DNA from: Burkholderiales bacterium
GTDB lineage: Bacteria > Pseudomonadota > Gammaproteobacteria > Burkholderiales > SG8-39
Assembly (NCBI GenBank): GCA_041576355.1
Contig: JBFGLA010000001.1
Coordinates: forward strand, 1-31,598
Direction of reading: 5' to 3'
DNA: 31,598 nt
A program made the position numbers and the translations under genes. This document shows, piece after piece, positions 10,776-21,275 of the stretch. The notes beneath the pieces are model-generated. The model did not search any database and was not told the origin of the DNA. It saw only the letters and a program-made list of their open reading frames with translations. The first letter of the stretch is position 1, and each line of letters begins with the position of its first letter.

Positions 10776-10809
10776 CGGTCACGGAAATTTCATGAAAGCT
10801 TCATACAAT
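10776..10809 (+). promoter_or_regulatory. Putative Pho box and -10 element of phoBR
   Basis: CGGTCAC-GGAA-ATTTCAT, then exactly 10 nt, then TACAAT; TCA cores at 11-bp period (10779, 10790, 10801), as in PhoB-activated promoters. Confidence 0.65.
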
Positions 10810-10841
10810 CGCACTCGTCGCGACTGCCCGCAAACGGACCG

Positions 10842-11528
10842 ATGAACGTCCTCGTAGTAGAAGACGAACCCGCCATCCAGGACTTGATCGCGGTCAACTT
10901 GGAGCACGCGGGGCATCGTGTTGTCCGCGCCCGGGACGGCGAAACCGCGCTACGCGTGGTAAAGGCCGAGCTGCCGGATGTCGTGCTCATCGACTGGATG
11001 CTGCCCGGCATGTCTGGCCTCACACTGGCGAGGATGCTGCGTCAGGACGAGCGATCGCGGCAAGTGCCGATGATCCTGTTGACCGCGCGGGGCGACGAGT
11101 CGGACAAGGTCGCCGGCCTCGAGGCGGGGGCCGACGACTACGTGACCAAGCCCTTTTCCCCGCGCGAGCTGCTCGCGCGGATCAAGGCGGTCCTGCGCCG
11201 GCGTGCGCCGCAGTCCACCGACGACGCGATCGAGCGCTGCGGGCTGCGCCTCGAGCCGGCGACGAAGCGCGTGTTCGGGAACCGGTCGCCGCTCCCGCTC
11301 GGACCGACCGAATTCCGCCTCCTGCATTTCCTCATGGCCAATCCCGAACGGGTCCACACCCGGGCGCAGCTCCTCGACCGGGTATGGGGAGATCACGTAT
11401 ACGTCGAGGAACGCACCGTGGACGTGCACGTCCGGCGTCTGCGCAAGGCCCTCGCGCCCACGGGACACGACCGCTTGATCGAGACCGTGCGCGGCTCGGG
11501 CTACCGGTTCAGCGCGAATCCCGTGTGA
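10842..11528 (+). CDS. phoB: Phosphate regulon response regulator PhoB
   Basis: VVEDEPAI, DWMLPGMSG, GADDYVTKPFSPREL, LGPTEFRLLHF, RVWGDHVYVEERTVDVHVRRLRKAL, TVRGSGY. Confidence 0.96.
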   Translation: MNVLVVEDEPAIQDLIAVNLEHAGHRVVRARDGETALRVVKAELPDVVLIDWMLPGMSGLTLARMLRQDERSRQVPMILLTARGDESDKVAGLEAGADDYVTKPFSPRELLARIKAVLRRRAPQSTDDAIERCGLRLEPATKRVFGNRSPLPLGPTEFRLLHFLMANPERVHTRAQLLDRVWGDHVYVEERTVDVHVRRLRKALAPTGHDRLIETVRGSGYRFSANPV

Positions 11529-11572
11529 GAGAATCGCCCCCGGAGCCTTCTCGGAGCCCATAAGGCACCGAC

Positions 11573-12889
11573 ATGAATCCCGTTTGGGCGAGCACGCTCG
11601 GCGTGGCGCTCGCAGCGGCCGCGGCGGGCCTCATCATCTGGCCTATTGCCGGCGCGAAATGGGCCTGGGCAGGGGTCGCAGCGGTGCTCGCGCTGCGCGT
11701 CCTCTACCATGCCGCGCACCTGGCGTCCCTGTTCCGGTGGCTGCGTCGGCCCTCTCGGCGCACCCTGCCCCGTGGCCGGGGCGTCTGGGAGCACGCGCTC
11801 GCCGAGCTGCACGGCTACCTGAAACGGCGCGATGCGGGAGAGGAGAACCTCGTTCGGGCCCTGGGGCGCTTCCGCGCCGCGGGGCGCGCGCTTCCGGACG
11901 GAGTGGTGATTCTCGACGGCGAAGACCGGATCGAATGGTCGAACCCGACCGCGCAGCGCCATTTTGCGATCGATCCTGCGCGTGACTCCGGCCGGCCGGT
12001 CACGAATCTGCTGCGCTATCCGGATTTCGTCGCTTACCTGGCGCGCGGCGAGTACCGTGAGCCGCTTATCCTGCGTCATACGCGCGGCGATGCCGTGCTG
12101 TCGGTTCGCATCATCGAGTTCGGCGCCGACCACAAGCTGATCAACTCGCGCGACATCACGGCTGCGGAAAGGGTCGATGCCGTGCGGCGCGATTTCGTCG
12201 CCAACGTCTCGCACGAGTTGAAGACGCCGATCACCGTCCTCGCCGGTTTCGTCGAGACGCTCGCCGACGAGTCGATCGCGCTGAGCGAGACGCAGAGGAG
12301 GAAGTATCTCGGCCTCATGGCCGAGCAGTCGCAGCGCATGAAGCGCCTGATAGAGGATCTGCTCACCCTGTCGGCGCTCGAGGCGAGCGCCGCCCCGGAG
12401 GACGAGCGGGAGATCGACGTGTCCGATCTGCTCGCGAGCCTGGTCGAGGAGGCGCGTGCCCTGTCGTCCGGCCGGCACCGCATCGACAGCGCGCTCGAGC
12501 GCGAATGCCGCCTTCTCGGCAGCCCGCGCGAGCTGCGCAGCGCTCTTTCCAACCTCGTCTCGAACGCGGTGCACTATACGCCGGAGGGCGGTTCGATCAC
12601 GCTGGCATGGCGTCTCGAAGACGGACGCGGCGTGTTCGCCGTGACGGACACGGGGATCGGCATCGAATCGCGGCACCTCCCGCGCCTGACCGAGCGCTTC
12701 TATCGGGTCGACAGCAGCCGGTCGCGCGAAACCGGCGGAACCGGTCTCGGTCTGGCAATCGTCAATCACGTACTCGACCGTCACGATGCAACCCTGGAGA
12801 TCGAGAGCGCGATCGGGCGCGGCTCGACGTTCAGGGCCGTATTCCCGGCGCGACGGGTCGCCCGGCTGGACGCCGTCCGGGCCGCCTAA
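11573..12889 (+). CDS. phoR: Phosphate regulon sensor kinase PhoR
   Basis: N-terminal TMs, PAS region, DFVANVSHELKTP H-box, NLVSNAVHYTP, DTGIGI, RLTERFYRVD, GGTGLGL; follows phoB. Confidence 0.95.
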   Translation: MNPVWASTLGVALAAAAAGLIIWPIAGAKWAWAGVAAVLALRVLYHAAHLASLFRWLRRPSRRTLPRGRGVWEHALAELHGYLKRRDAGEENLVRALGRFRAAGRALPDGVVILDGEDRIEWSNPTAQRHFAIDPARDSGRPVTNLLRYPDFVAYLARGEYREPLILRHTRGDAVLSVRIIEFGADHKLINSRDITAAERVDAVRRDFVANVSHELKTPITVLAGFVETLADESIALSETQRRKYLGLMAEQSQRMKRLIEDLLTLSALEASAAPEDEREIDVSDLLASLVEEARALSSGRHRIDSALERECRLLGSPRELRSALSNLVSNAVHYTPEGGSITLAWRLEDGRGVFAVTDTGIGIESRHLPRLTERFYRVDSSRSRETGGTGLGLAIVNHVLDRHDATLEIESAIGRGSTFRAVFPARRVARLDAVRAA

Positions 12890-12905
12890 CTGCGCCGGTA
12901 CCCGT

Positions 12906-14528
12906 TCAGCCGATCGCCTCGTAGGCCACGCGCTCGTGGTCGGCGCCGCGCTCGAGCAACTCGGTCAGCCGGACCTGCACCGGCGCATCGATATAGACCT
13001 CGACTACCCGTCCCGATCGGTACCAGCCGAGCGGAAGCACAAGCGAGGGGGGCGCCTTCAGCGACGGCGCGGCGGTCAAGGATAGCGCCTGCACGTACTT
13101 CTCTCCTTGGGCACCGGCGTCGCGCACAGCGATCGGCGCCGGCAGTCCCGGGAGCAGCTTGATACCGGCCGAGAAGTCTCCGTTCTCGGCGCAGGCGAGC
13201 CAGCGCACGTGGCCGAGGATGAAGCTTTTGATGTCGGATGGGCGCACCGCGACGAGTTGCGCGTGCATGTGCCGCTTGCCCGGGTTTCCGGCCCGGCGAA
13301 CGACACCCATGCCCTGCGCACTCTGGTCCGTGAGCTGCCAGTGCTCGAGGATGAAACCGTGGGCGTCGCTGTAATCGTTCTCGTCCCGATTGCGGACGCG
13401 GCCGAAGGTCGTGATCTCTTCGCGCTGTTGGTGCGTCAACTCCTTCTGCTCGCCCGGCTGCCGGAATACCTGTCCGGACAGGTAGTAATGTATCGCCGGT
13501 ATGTCGATGCACACCTGGACATCGGAGTTGGCGCGCCGCCGGTCTAGCGTACGCTGCGGCCTGTCGACGCACCACTGCCGGTACAGAAACACGAGCAACT
13601 GCTCGCAGTAGGGCTGTACGCAGTCCTCGCCGAGCGCGAGCCGAGCCGGCGACTCGCCCTGACGCAGCAATCCCACGCGGTTGCGCAGGCTCTTCGCGAG
13701 GCGGCGAACGTCGAGGTAGCGCAGCTTCCCGGAAGCCGGGAGTTCGGCCAGCGCAGCGCCGGCACGCACCGGCTCGCGATCGCTGTTCAGGTCGACGACC
13801 ATCGCGGGCACGTCCGCATTGGCGGGCGGCTTCTTGACGATGTCCACCTTGTCCGCCCAGCGCTCGAGCAGGAAGGCGACGAACGTGATCTGGCGCTGCG
13901 CCAGTTCGTTGGGGTTCGCGGTCGCCATGAGAAGCGCACGCAGGTACGCGATTCGCGGCGAGGTATCCTGCACGTCGCGGTTCAGATAGTCCTTGACCGG
14001 CTCGTTCTCGACGCCCAGCTCCTCGGCCTTCGCGTAAACCGTGTGCAGGGCGCGCCACTCGCGTGGGGGAAGCTGCCGGTACGCCCGGTGGTAGTGAAAT
14101 GCCTTGAGCCCGGTGTAAGCCAGAACGCGCTGGCAAATCAGGCCGATCCGCGCGCGGGTGCGCGATTCGCCCGCTGCGGCCGCGTCGAGGCAGCGCGCAT
14201 ACCCGAGGCGCATATGCTCCCAGAGCGCCACCGTCTTCGCGAATATGGCCGCATCTGCGTCTGTCATCGGCAGGGCGCGATTGGTGAACCGCTTGGCCTG
14301 CTCGATCTGAACGAATGCGACCGTCTCGCGCAGCATTTCAAGCACCGCGAGCCGGCTCGAGGCCCGCGTCGGAAGGCGATTGAACTCCTGCAGCTGCGCG
14401 AGCAGAAGATGCTGCGCCGTGGCGACATCCGCGAGAGGCAGATTGTCGAGCCACTCCTTGCACGTATTCGCGTCGGTGAATTGCGGGGACGCGTGAGGCG
14501 CGAGCGAGGGAAGCGAAAAATCCTGCAT
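12906..14528 (-). CDS. FimW-like protein with atypical C-terminal PilZ domain (putative c-di-GMP receptor)
   Basis: Helical N-terminus (WLDNLPLAD...RLAVLEMLR...LLMATANPNEL) resembling my recollection of P. aeruginosa FimW; RxxxR (RTLDR, 13539-13553) and DxSxxG (DQSAQG, 13311-13328). Confidence 0.7.
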   Translation of the reverse strand: MQDFSLPSLAPHASPQFTDANTCKEWLDNLPLADVATAQHLLLAQLQEFNRLPTRASSRLAVLEMLRETVAFVQIEQAKRFTNRALPMTDADAAIFAKTVALWEHMRLGYARCLDAAAAGESRTRARIGLICQRVLAYTGLKAFHYHRAYRQLPPREWRALHTVYAKAEELGVENEPVKDYLNRDVQDTSPRIAYLRALLMATANPNELAQRQITFVAFLLERWADKVDIVKKPPANADVPAMVVDLNSDREPVRAGAALAELPASGKLRYLDVRRLAKSLRNRVGLLRQGESPARLALGEDCVQPYCEQLLVFLYRQWCVDRPQRTLDRRRANSDVQVCIDIPAIHYYLSGQVFRQPGEQKELTHQQREEITTFGRVRNRDENDYSDAHGFILEHWQLTDQSAQGMGVVRRAGNPGKRHMHAQLVAVRPSDIKSFILGHVRWLACAENGDFSAGIKLLPGLPAPIAVRDAGAQGEKYVQALSLTAAPSLKAPPSLVLPLGWYRSGRVVEVYIDAPVQVRLTELLERGADHERVAYEAIG

Positions 14529-14573
14529 GGCCGCTTCGGGCTCACCGCCGCGGCCGGTGCGCGGCGATCGACC

Positions 14574-17500
14574 CTAGAGAAGCACGCGTTCTATGCCGCC
14601 TCCGTTGGCTTTTCGGACGAATTCGGAAATCCAGTTCTCGCCGAGCAGGCGGCGTGCCATTTCGACCACAATGTAGTCGGCCCGGGCACCCGTGTCATGG
14701 TCAAATTTGGCAAGCCCCTGTAGGCACGAGGGGCAGGATGTGAGCACTTTCACCTCGGACTCCCGGCCCTGCGGCGCAACCGCCGCGACGGCCGCGCGCA
14801 ATTCCTCCTCCTTGCGGAAACGCACCTGGGTCGCGACGTCCGGCCGGGTCACCGCGAGCGTTCCCGCCTCGCCGCAGCAGCGCGGCGTCAGGCGCACATC
14901 CGACGCGGTGAGCTCGCGCACGACCTCGAGCGGCGCGCGCGTCTTGATCGGGCTGTGGCAGGGATCGTGATAGACGTAGCGCACGCCCGACACCCCGTCC
15001 AGCTTCACTCCTTTTTCGAGCAGGTACTCGTGGATGTCGAGCAGGCGGCAACCGGGGAAGATCTTCTCGAACTCGTACTTTTCCAGCTGGTCGAGGCATG
15101 TTCCGCACGACACGATGACGGTGCGGATATCCAGATAGTTGAGCGAGGTCGCGAGGCGGTGAAAGAGCACGCGGTTGGCGGTGATGATGCGCTCGCCGCG
15201 CTCGGCCTCCCCCGCCGCGGTCTGCGGATAGCCGCAGCACAGGTATCCCGGCGGAAGCACGCACTGCGCGCCGATCTCGTAGAGCATGGCCTGGGTCGCG
15301 AGCCCCACTTGGGAGAAGAGGCGCTCGGACCCGCAGCCGGGAAAGTAAAACACCGCCTCCGATTCCTCGCTGACCTTCGCCGGGTCGCGAATGATCGGAA
15401 CGATCTTCGGGTCCTCGATGTCGAGGAGAGCGCGCGCGGCCTTCTTCGGCAAGCCGCCGGGCATCGGCCGGTTGACGAAGTGGACCACCTGCGTCCGCAG
15501 TGCCGGGGTGCCGGTGCTGGCGGGCGGGCGCTCGGTCTGCGCCCGCGCCGCGCCGAGCGCGCGCGCGATCCGATGCGCCCAGCGCTGCGCGCGATAGCCC
15601 CAGCCGATCATCGCGGTGCGCGTCGCCCGGATCGTGCGCGGATCGGTGGCGTTGAGGAAAAACAGCGCCGCCCGCGTGCCGAGACTGAAGCGGCGCTTGC
15701 CCGCGCGCCGCAGCAGATTTCTCATCGCGATCGAGACGTCGCCGAAATCGATGTCCACCGGGCAGGGCGCGGCGCACTTGTGGCACACGGTGCAGTGCTC
15801 GGCGACATCGCCGAATTCGTCGTAGTGCGCCAACGCCACACCGTGACGCGTTTGCTCCTCGTACAGGATCGCCTCGATGAGAAGCGACGCAGCGAGGATC
15901 TTGTTGCGCGGCGAGTAAAGGAGGTTCGCCCGCGGCACGTGGGTCGCGCACACCGGCTTGCACTTACCGCAGCGCAGGCAGTCCTTCACCGCGTTGGCGA
16001 TCGAGCCCAGATCAGTCTGCTCGAGGATGAGCGATTCCGCCCCGATCAGCGAAAAGCTCGGCGTGTACGCGTTCGCGAGGTCGGCCCCGGCGAGGAGCTT
16101 GCCGGCGTTGAAGCGGCCCTCGGGATCGACCGCCTGCTTGTAGGCGCGAAACGCATCGATCTCCTCGCGCTCGAGGAACGCGAGCTTGGTGATGCCGATC
16201 CCGTGCTCGCCGGAGATCACGCCGCCGAGCGAGCGCGCAAGGCGCATGATGCGCGCCACGGCGACGTTTGCGCGCTGCAGCATGGCGTAATCGTCCGAGT
16301 TGACCGGAATGTTGGTGTGCACGTTGCCGTCGCCCGCGTGCATGTGCAGGGCCACGAACACGCGGGCGCGCAGCACGCGCCGGTGCGCCCCCTCGGTGCC
16401 TTCCAGGATGTGACGGTAGGCGATTCCCGAGAAGATGCGCCGCAGCTCGTCGCGCACCTCGGTCTTCCACGAGAGCCGGATCGCGTGCGCCTGGATCGCC
16501 TCGAACACCGTGGCGTAGCGCTGCACGAGCTCGTTGTGCAGCGCTCCCCAGCCGGAAAGCTCCGAGCGGATCTCGATTGCAGCGGTGTCGAGGTTATCGC
16601 CCAGCCAGCGCCAGCGCTCGCGCACGCGGCGTAGCAGCTCGAGCGCGTGCGCCGGGCGCTCGCCGAGCAGTTCCGCTGCGGGCAGCGGTTCCTCCACATG
16701 GTAGAGCGGCAACTCGCCGGAGAAGAGCTCCTCCAGCGCGTCGAGTAGCGCGAGCTTGTTCTCGATCGAAAGCTCGATGTTGATGCGCTCGATGCCGTCG
16801 GTGTAGTCGCCCAGGCGCTCGAGCGGGATCACCACGTCCTCGTTGATCTTGAACGCGTTGGTGTGTTTGGAGATCGCCGCGGTGCGTGCCCGATCGAGCC
16901 AGAAGTGCTTTCGTGCCTCGGGCGAGACGGCGACGAATCCCTCGCCGCCGCGCGCGTTGGCGATGCGCACCACGGCGGAGGCCGCGCTCGCGACCTCGTC
17001 GATGTTCTCGCCGACGATGTCGCCGACCAAGACCATCTTCGGGCGCTGGTTGCGGCGCGACTTGGTGGCGTAGCCGACCGCCCTCAGGTAGCGAGCGTCG
17101 AGGTGCTCGAGGCCGGCGAGCTTCGCGGCCGGATGCGCATCGAGATGCCGTTTCACCTCGACGATTGCGGGCACCGCCTCCTTGGCCAGGCCAAAGAATT
17201 CCAGGCATACCGTGCGCGTGTGCGCCGGCGTCCGGTGCAAGATGAAGCGCGCCGAGGTGATGATGCCGTCGGTGCCCTCTTTCTGCACCCCCGGAAGCCC
17301 GGCGAGGAACTTGTCGGTCACGTCCTTGCCGAGACCGGCCTTGCGAAAGCGCGCGCCCGGGATTTCGAGGGTGCGCTCTTCGAGCAGCTTCTTGCCGCTC
17401 GCGCCGTAGCGGCGCAGGCGGAACCTCGCGCTAGGGGCGTCGTGGATCTTGCCGAGGTTGTGGCCGAGCCGCTCGACCTCGAGCCACTGCGCGTCCGGCG

Positions 17501-18407
17501 TCACCATGCGCCACGAGGCGAGGTTGTCGATGGCGGTGCCCCAGAGCACGGCTTTCTTGCCGCCGGCGTTCATCGCGATGTTGCCGCCGATGCAGGACGC
17601 GTCCGCCGAGGTCGGATCGACCGCAAAGACGAAACCCGCCGCCTCCGCCGCGTCCATCACGCGGCGGGTCACCACTCCGGCCCCGGCGCGTATCGTCGGC
17701 ACCGGGCGCCCGGCGCCCGGCAGCTCGATCCACTCGACGGCCCCGAGCGTCTCCAGCTTCTCGGTGTTGATCACCGCCGAGCGGCGCGTGAGCGGGATCG
17801 CGCCGCCGGTGTAGCCGGTGCCGCCGCCGCGCGGGATGATCGTCAAGCCGAGCCCGATCAGCTCGCGCACGAGCGGGAGCACCTCGTCCTCCTCGTCGGG
17901 CGACACCACGACGAACGGGTACTCCACGCGCCAGTCGGTCGCATCGGTGACGTGCGAGACGCGGGCGAAGCCGTCGAACGCAATGTTGTCGCGCCGCGTG
18001 ACCCGCGCGAGCCGCCGCAGGGTGCGCTTGCGCAGGCTGTGCGTCTCATCGAACGCCTCGGCGAAACGCTCGAGCGCCTCGCTCGCGGCGGCGAGCAGCC
18101 GCGCGACCTTCTCGTTCTCGGCGCGGCGCGCATCGATCTCCGCGAGCCGGCGGCGCATCCCGGCGAGCACCTCGGCGCGGCGCCTGCGATGCTCGACCAG
18201 ATCGTCTTCGAGGTAGGGGTTTCTGAGAATTACCCACATCTCGCCCAGTACCTCGTACAGCATGCGCGCCGAGCGTCCGGTGCGCCGTTCGCCGCGCAGA
18301 TCGGTGAGCAGACCCCACGCCGGCTCGCCGAGCAGGCGCAGCACGATCTCGCGATCGGAGAACGAAGTGTAGTTGTACGGAATCTCGCGAATGCGGCCGG
18401 CCTGCAT
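14574..18407 (-). CDS. DUF3683-containing FAD-binding/4Fe-4S/CCG oxidoreductase (GlcD-GlcF-like fusion)
   Basis: [86 protein letters not shown]. Confidence 0.9.
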   Translation of the reverse strand: MQAGRIREIPYNYTSFSDREIVLRLLGEPAWGLLTDLRGERRTGRSARMLYEVLGEMWVILRNPYLEDDLVEHRRRRAEVLAGMRRRLAEIDARRAENEKVARLLAAASEALERFAEAFDETHSLRKRTLRRLARVTRRDNIAFDGFARVSHVTDATDWRVEYPFVVVSPDEEDEVLPLVRELIGLGLTIIPRGGGTGYTGGAIPLTRRSAVINTEKLETLGAVEWIELPGAGRPVPTIRAGAGVVTRRVMDAAEAAGFVFAVDPTSADASCIGGNIAMNAGGKKAVLWGTAIDNLASWRMVTPDAQWLEVERLGHNLGKIHDAPSARFRLRRYGASGKKLLEERTLEIPGARFRKAGLGKDVTDKFLAGLPGVQKEGTDGIITSARFILHRTPAHTRTVCLEFFGLAKEAVPAIVEVKRHLDAHPAAKLAGLEHLDARYLRAVGYATKSRRNQRPKMVLVGDIVGENIDEVASAASAVVRIANARGGEGFVAVSPEARKHFWLDRARTAAISKHTNAFKINEDVVIPLERLGDYTDGIERINIELSIENKLALLDALEELFSGELPLYHVEEPLPAAELLGERPAHALELLRRVRERWRWLGDNLDTAAIEIRSELSGWGALHNELVQRYATVFEAIQAHAIRLSWKTEVRDELRRIFSGIAYRHILEGTEGAHRRVLRARVFVALHMHAGDGNVHTNIPVNSDDYAMLQRANVAVARIMRLARSLGGVISGEHGIGITKLAFLEREEIDAFRAYKQAVDPEGRFNAGKLLAGADLANAYTPSFSLIGAESLILEQTDLGSIANAVKDCLRCGKCKPVCATHVPRANLLYSPRNKILAASLLIEAILYEEQTRHGVALAHYDEFGDVAEHCTVCHKCAAPCPVDIDFGDVSIAMRNLLRRAGKRRFSLGTRAALFFLNATDPRTIRATRTAMIGWGYRAQRWAHRIARALGAARAQTERPPASTGTPALRTQVVHFVNRPMPGGLPKKAARALLDIEDPKIVPIIRDPAKVSEESEAVFYFPGCGSERLFSQVGLATQAMLYEIGAQCVLPPGYLCCGYPQTAAGEAERGERIITANRVLFHRLATSLNYLDIRTVIVSCGTCLDQLEKYEFEKIFPGCRLLDIHEYLLEKGVKLDGVSGVRYVYHDPCHSPIKTRAPLEVVRELTASDVRLTPRCCGEAGTLAVTRPDVATQVRFRKEEELRAAVAAVAPQGRESEVKVLTSCPSCLQGLAKFDHDTGARADYIVVEMARRLLGENWISEFVRKANGGGIERVLL

Positions 18408-18413
18408 GGCGCG

Positions 18414-18419
18414 ATTCTA
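18414..18419 (-). promoter_or_regulatory. Putative -10 element (TAGAAT) 6 nt upstream of the oxidoreductase ATG; no SD
   Basis: Minus strand reads TAGAAT-cgcgcc-ATG. Confidence 0.5.
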
Positions 18420-18438
18420 CGTTCCGACGCTGCCGCCC

Positions 18439-19221
18439 TTAATGAAGAGTTCGCGCCGGCTCCCCGCCGAACACATCGCGATAGCTCGCATAGAAGCTCG
18501 CGAACAGTGTCGGCAGGAGGATGATGAGCAGGGGAAAGACGAGCGAAGCGACCGATGCGCGCATGGCGCCGCCCGAGAACATAATCAACGCCGAGAGGAC
18601 GACAAAGGGCAGCACCACGGTGACGAGAGCGGTGACCGCGGCGTAGGCGACGAACGCGCGCCAGTTCATCAGGCAGGCGAAGAAGCTGTAGAACAGCCCC
18701 TTGGCGACGCCGAAACCGTGCCAGGCGACCAGCACCGGTGCAAACCAGTACATCATCGTCACCGGCAAATAGAGCGCGGCCGCCATCATGAGCGCCGTCG
18801 AGAATCCTTCGGAGGCCAGAACCTCGTCGCCCGGACGGCGTCCGCTCACCAGCCAGCGCGCGAGCGCACCGTCGTCCGCTAGGGCCGTCGCCGATATGAG
18901 CAGCGCGAGCAGGCCGGCATAAACGAACCCGAGCGCGATTTGCGGCGCCGCACGTTCGCGAAATCCGGCGAAGAGGATGCTGAGCGTGAGCGGTCCGCCG
19001 TTTGCCGCGGCGCGCGCGGCGGCCATGAACCCGACCGAGAACGGCGGCACGAGAACCGAGGCGGCGGCGAGCCCGACGACGGGCAGGATCGAGACGACCG
19101 TCATCAGGATCCAGTAGGCGAAGATCAAGGCAAGCCACCCGAGCGGCGCGCTGCGAAAGATCTGCCAGCCTTCGCCGAGCCAGCGAGCGCCGCGTCCGTA
19201 GGAAACGATGCGGGAGTTCAT
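18439..19221 (-). CDS. BPSS1780-family membrane protein
   Basis: MNSRIVSYGRGARWLGEGWQIFR start, MYWFAPVLVAWH, SFFACLMNWRAF, SFYASYRDVF; next to thrB. Confidence 0.85.
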   Translation of the reverse strand: MNSRIVSYGRGARWLGEGWQIFRSAPLGWLALIFAYWILMTVVSILPVVGLAAASVLVPPFSVGFMAAARAAANGGPLTLSILFAGFRERAAPQIALGFVYAGLLALLISATALADDGALARWLVSGRRPGDEVLASEGFSTALMMAAALYLPVTMMYWFAPVLVAWHGFGVAKGLFYSFFACLMNWRAFVAYAAVTALVTVVLPFVVLSALIMFSGGAMRASVASLVFPLLIILLPTLFASFYASYRDVFGGEPARTLH

Positions 19222-19237
19222 TCGGTCGTCTATCCGT

Positions 19238-20191
19238 TCAGTCGAGCCAGGGCGCGCTGCGCGCCGCGGCGCGCAGCGCGAGGATGTCGCGAAAGTGCTC
19301 CGGGTCGTGCGCGTGCACCAGCATCCCGGGTCGCGGCAGGTGGAAGTCGTACAGCCGCGAGAGCCAGAAACGAAGCGCCGCGGCGCGCAGCAGCACCGGC
19401 CAGGCGCCGCGCTCGAGCGCGGAGAACGGGCGCACGGCGGCGTATCCGCGCAGCAGCGCCATCGATTTTTCCTCGTCGAGACGCCGGTCGCTCGCATGAT
19501 CGACGAGGCACCAGTCGTTCGCGCACACCGCGCAATCGAACAGCAGGCAGTCCACGCCGGCGAAGTAGAAATCGATTACTCCGGAAATGCTGCCGCCCTC
19601 GAAGAGCGCGTTGTCGCGAAAGAGATCCGCATGCACCGGTCCGCGCGGGAGATCGGGAAAGCGGTACAGCGCCTGGAAGCGCATTTCCTCGTCGAGCAGC
19701 GCCTGGCGCTCGGCGTCCAGGTGCCCGCGCACCGCGCGCGCCGCGAACCGCCACCACTTCGGACCGCGCGGATTCTCCATATAGGCAGGGTACGAGCGCC
19801 CGGCCAGGTGCATGCGGGCGAGCAGCGCTCCCACCTCGGCACACTCCGCCGCTCCGGGTCGTTCGATCGAGGCCCCCGAAAGACGCGTCACCAGCGCCGC
19901 CGGCTTGCCGTTCAGCTCCGAGAGGTAGCGGTCGGACAGATCGGCGATCGGCGCCGGACACGGAATTCCGTGCCTTGCGAGGTGGGCCATCAGATCGAGA
20001 TAGAACGGGAGCTCCTCGGCGGGCAAGCGCTCGAACAGTGTCAGAACATACCGCCCCTGAGCGGTCGTGACGAAGTAGTTGGAATTCTCGATTCCCGACT
20101 GGATCGGCTCCAGCCGCACGGGCGTACCGACCGAATAGCCGCGCAACCAGCGCGCGAGCTGCTCCTCGGAAACGGGTGTGTAGACGGACAT
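19238..20191 (-). CDS. thrB: Homoserine kinase type II (APH-like)
   Basis: MSVYTPV, GIENSNYF, VLTLFE, HADLFRDNALF, IDFYFAG, RFWLSRLYD. Confidence 0.95.
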   Translation of the reverse strand: MSVYTPVSEEQLARWLRGYSVGTPVRLEPIQSGIENSNYFVTTAQGRYVLTLFERLPAEELPFYLDLMAHLARHGIPCPAPIADLSDRYLSELNGKPAALVTRLSGASIERPGAAECAEVGALLARMHLAGRSYPAYMENPRGPKWWRFAARAVRGHLDAERQALLDEEMRFQALYRFPDLPRGPVHADLFRDNALFEGGSISGVIDFYFAGVDCLLFDCAVCANDWCLVDHASDRRLDEEKSMALLRGYAAVRPFSALERGAWPVLLRAAALRFWLSRLYDFHLPRPGMLVHAHDPEHFRDILALRAAARSAPWLD

Positions 20192-20286
20192 CGGTCGTAG
20201 CGGATCGCCGGCGCGAGAAAACCTTCATCCCTCGGACGCCGTCGCACCCGGTCCCGCATCCCGTGCGCGCCATCCGGAAAGCTGGC

Positions 20287-20631
20287 TCAGTCGAATTTTT
20301 TGATAGGCCACATCGGTACGCGCACCCCGTCGTCGAGAGAGTCCCTGCGCATCCAGTTGCCGTTGCCGGTAGTATCGATGAGGTAGTACGTCGGGCCGTT
20401 CTGCGGCGTCACTTTCACCGCCACGACGCGCCCGCCTTCCCGGATCTCCTCGACCTGGTCGCCTTCCTGCACCGGGATGCGAACCTGGGGCTCGTCGACC
20501 CGTTCGCCGGGCTCGGGCAAGCGTTCGATCTGCGGCTCGGGCTTCTGGGCGGTGTCTTGAGCGAAGGCGCCGATAGTCGAGGCGGCGACAGATAGGACGA
20601 AGGCGAGGACGCGGGCGGCGAGGCGGCGCAT
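20287..20631 (-). CDS. DUF2782-family exported protein
   Basis: Signal peptide; EPQVRI...VEEIREGGRVVAVKVTP...YYLID...VPMWPIKKF; located between thrB and polA. Confidence 0.82.
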   Translation of the reverse strand: MRRLAARVLAFVLSVAASTIGAFAQDTAQKPEPQIERLPEPGERVDEPQVRIPVQEGDQVEEIREGGRVVAVKVTPQNGPTYYLIDTTGNGNWMRRDSLDDGVRVPMWPIKKFD

Positions 20632-20657
20632 GGCAGCGCACCGGGAAACTGTAAATT

Positions 20658-21275
20658 TTACCAGAGCGCCTGGGCGAGGACCTTGCACGTATCCTCGCCT
20701 GCGCGCACCTGAAACGCCCGCAGTCCGGCCGCGCGTGCGCCGAGCACGTTTTCCTCGAGATCATCGAAGAACGCGATTCGATTCGCGGGCAGGCCGACTC
20801 GGCTGCAGACGTCCGCGTAAGCCTCGAGCGTCGGCTTGCGCCGTCCGATGTCGCAGGAGCAAAACACCTCCTTGATGGGCGCGAGGATCGGGCGGTAGCG
20901 TTCCTCCCAGAAAGACTTGTGCGAGCGGCTGGTATTGGAGAACACGTACAGCGGCCAGCGCGCGGCGAGCTTATGCAGCATCGGCTCGACGCCCGGCCTC
21001 GAGCCGACGAAGATCGCGTTCCACCCGGCCAGAAAATCGTCGTCGGAGAGCGAGACCCGGAGCATCGGCCTGAGCGACGCGAAATATTCGCGCTCGCCGA
21101 TCTCGCCGCGCTCGTACGCCTGATACGTCGGGTCGAACGAGAAACGCGATGCGATCGCGGCGGCGGGCGCACCGGCGGCATCGGCCCAGGCGTCGAACGC
21201 GCGGCGAAAATCGATATCGACCAGAACTCCGCCGAGATCGAACAGGAGCGCGGCGGGCTCCCCTTCGGCGGTCAC
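20658..21275 (-). CDS. HAD-superfamily phosphatase (YihX-like)
   Basis: LLFDLGGVLVDID motif I, FSNT motif II, GRRKP, FFDDLEENV motif IV; GTG start overlaps the LOG stop. Confidence 0.88.
   Translation of the reverse strand: MTAEGEPAALLFDLGGVLVDIDFRRAFDAWADAAGAPAAAIASRFSFDPTYQAYERGEIGEREYFASLRPMLRVSLSDDDFLAGWNAIFVGSRPGVEPMLHKLAARWPLYVFSNTSRSHKSFWEERYRPILAPIKEVFCSCDIGRRKPTLEAYADVCSRVGLPANRIAFFDDLEENVLGARAAGLRAFQVRAGEDTCKVLAQALW

Noticed and set aside
14955-18524. Two plus-strand ORFs of about 550 aa opposite the oxidoreductase
   Set aside because: Shadow ORFs typical of high-GC DNA; no motifs
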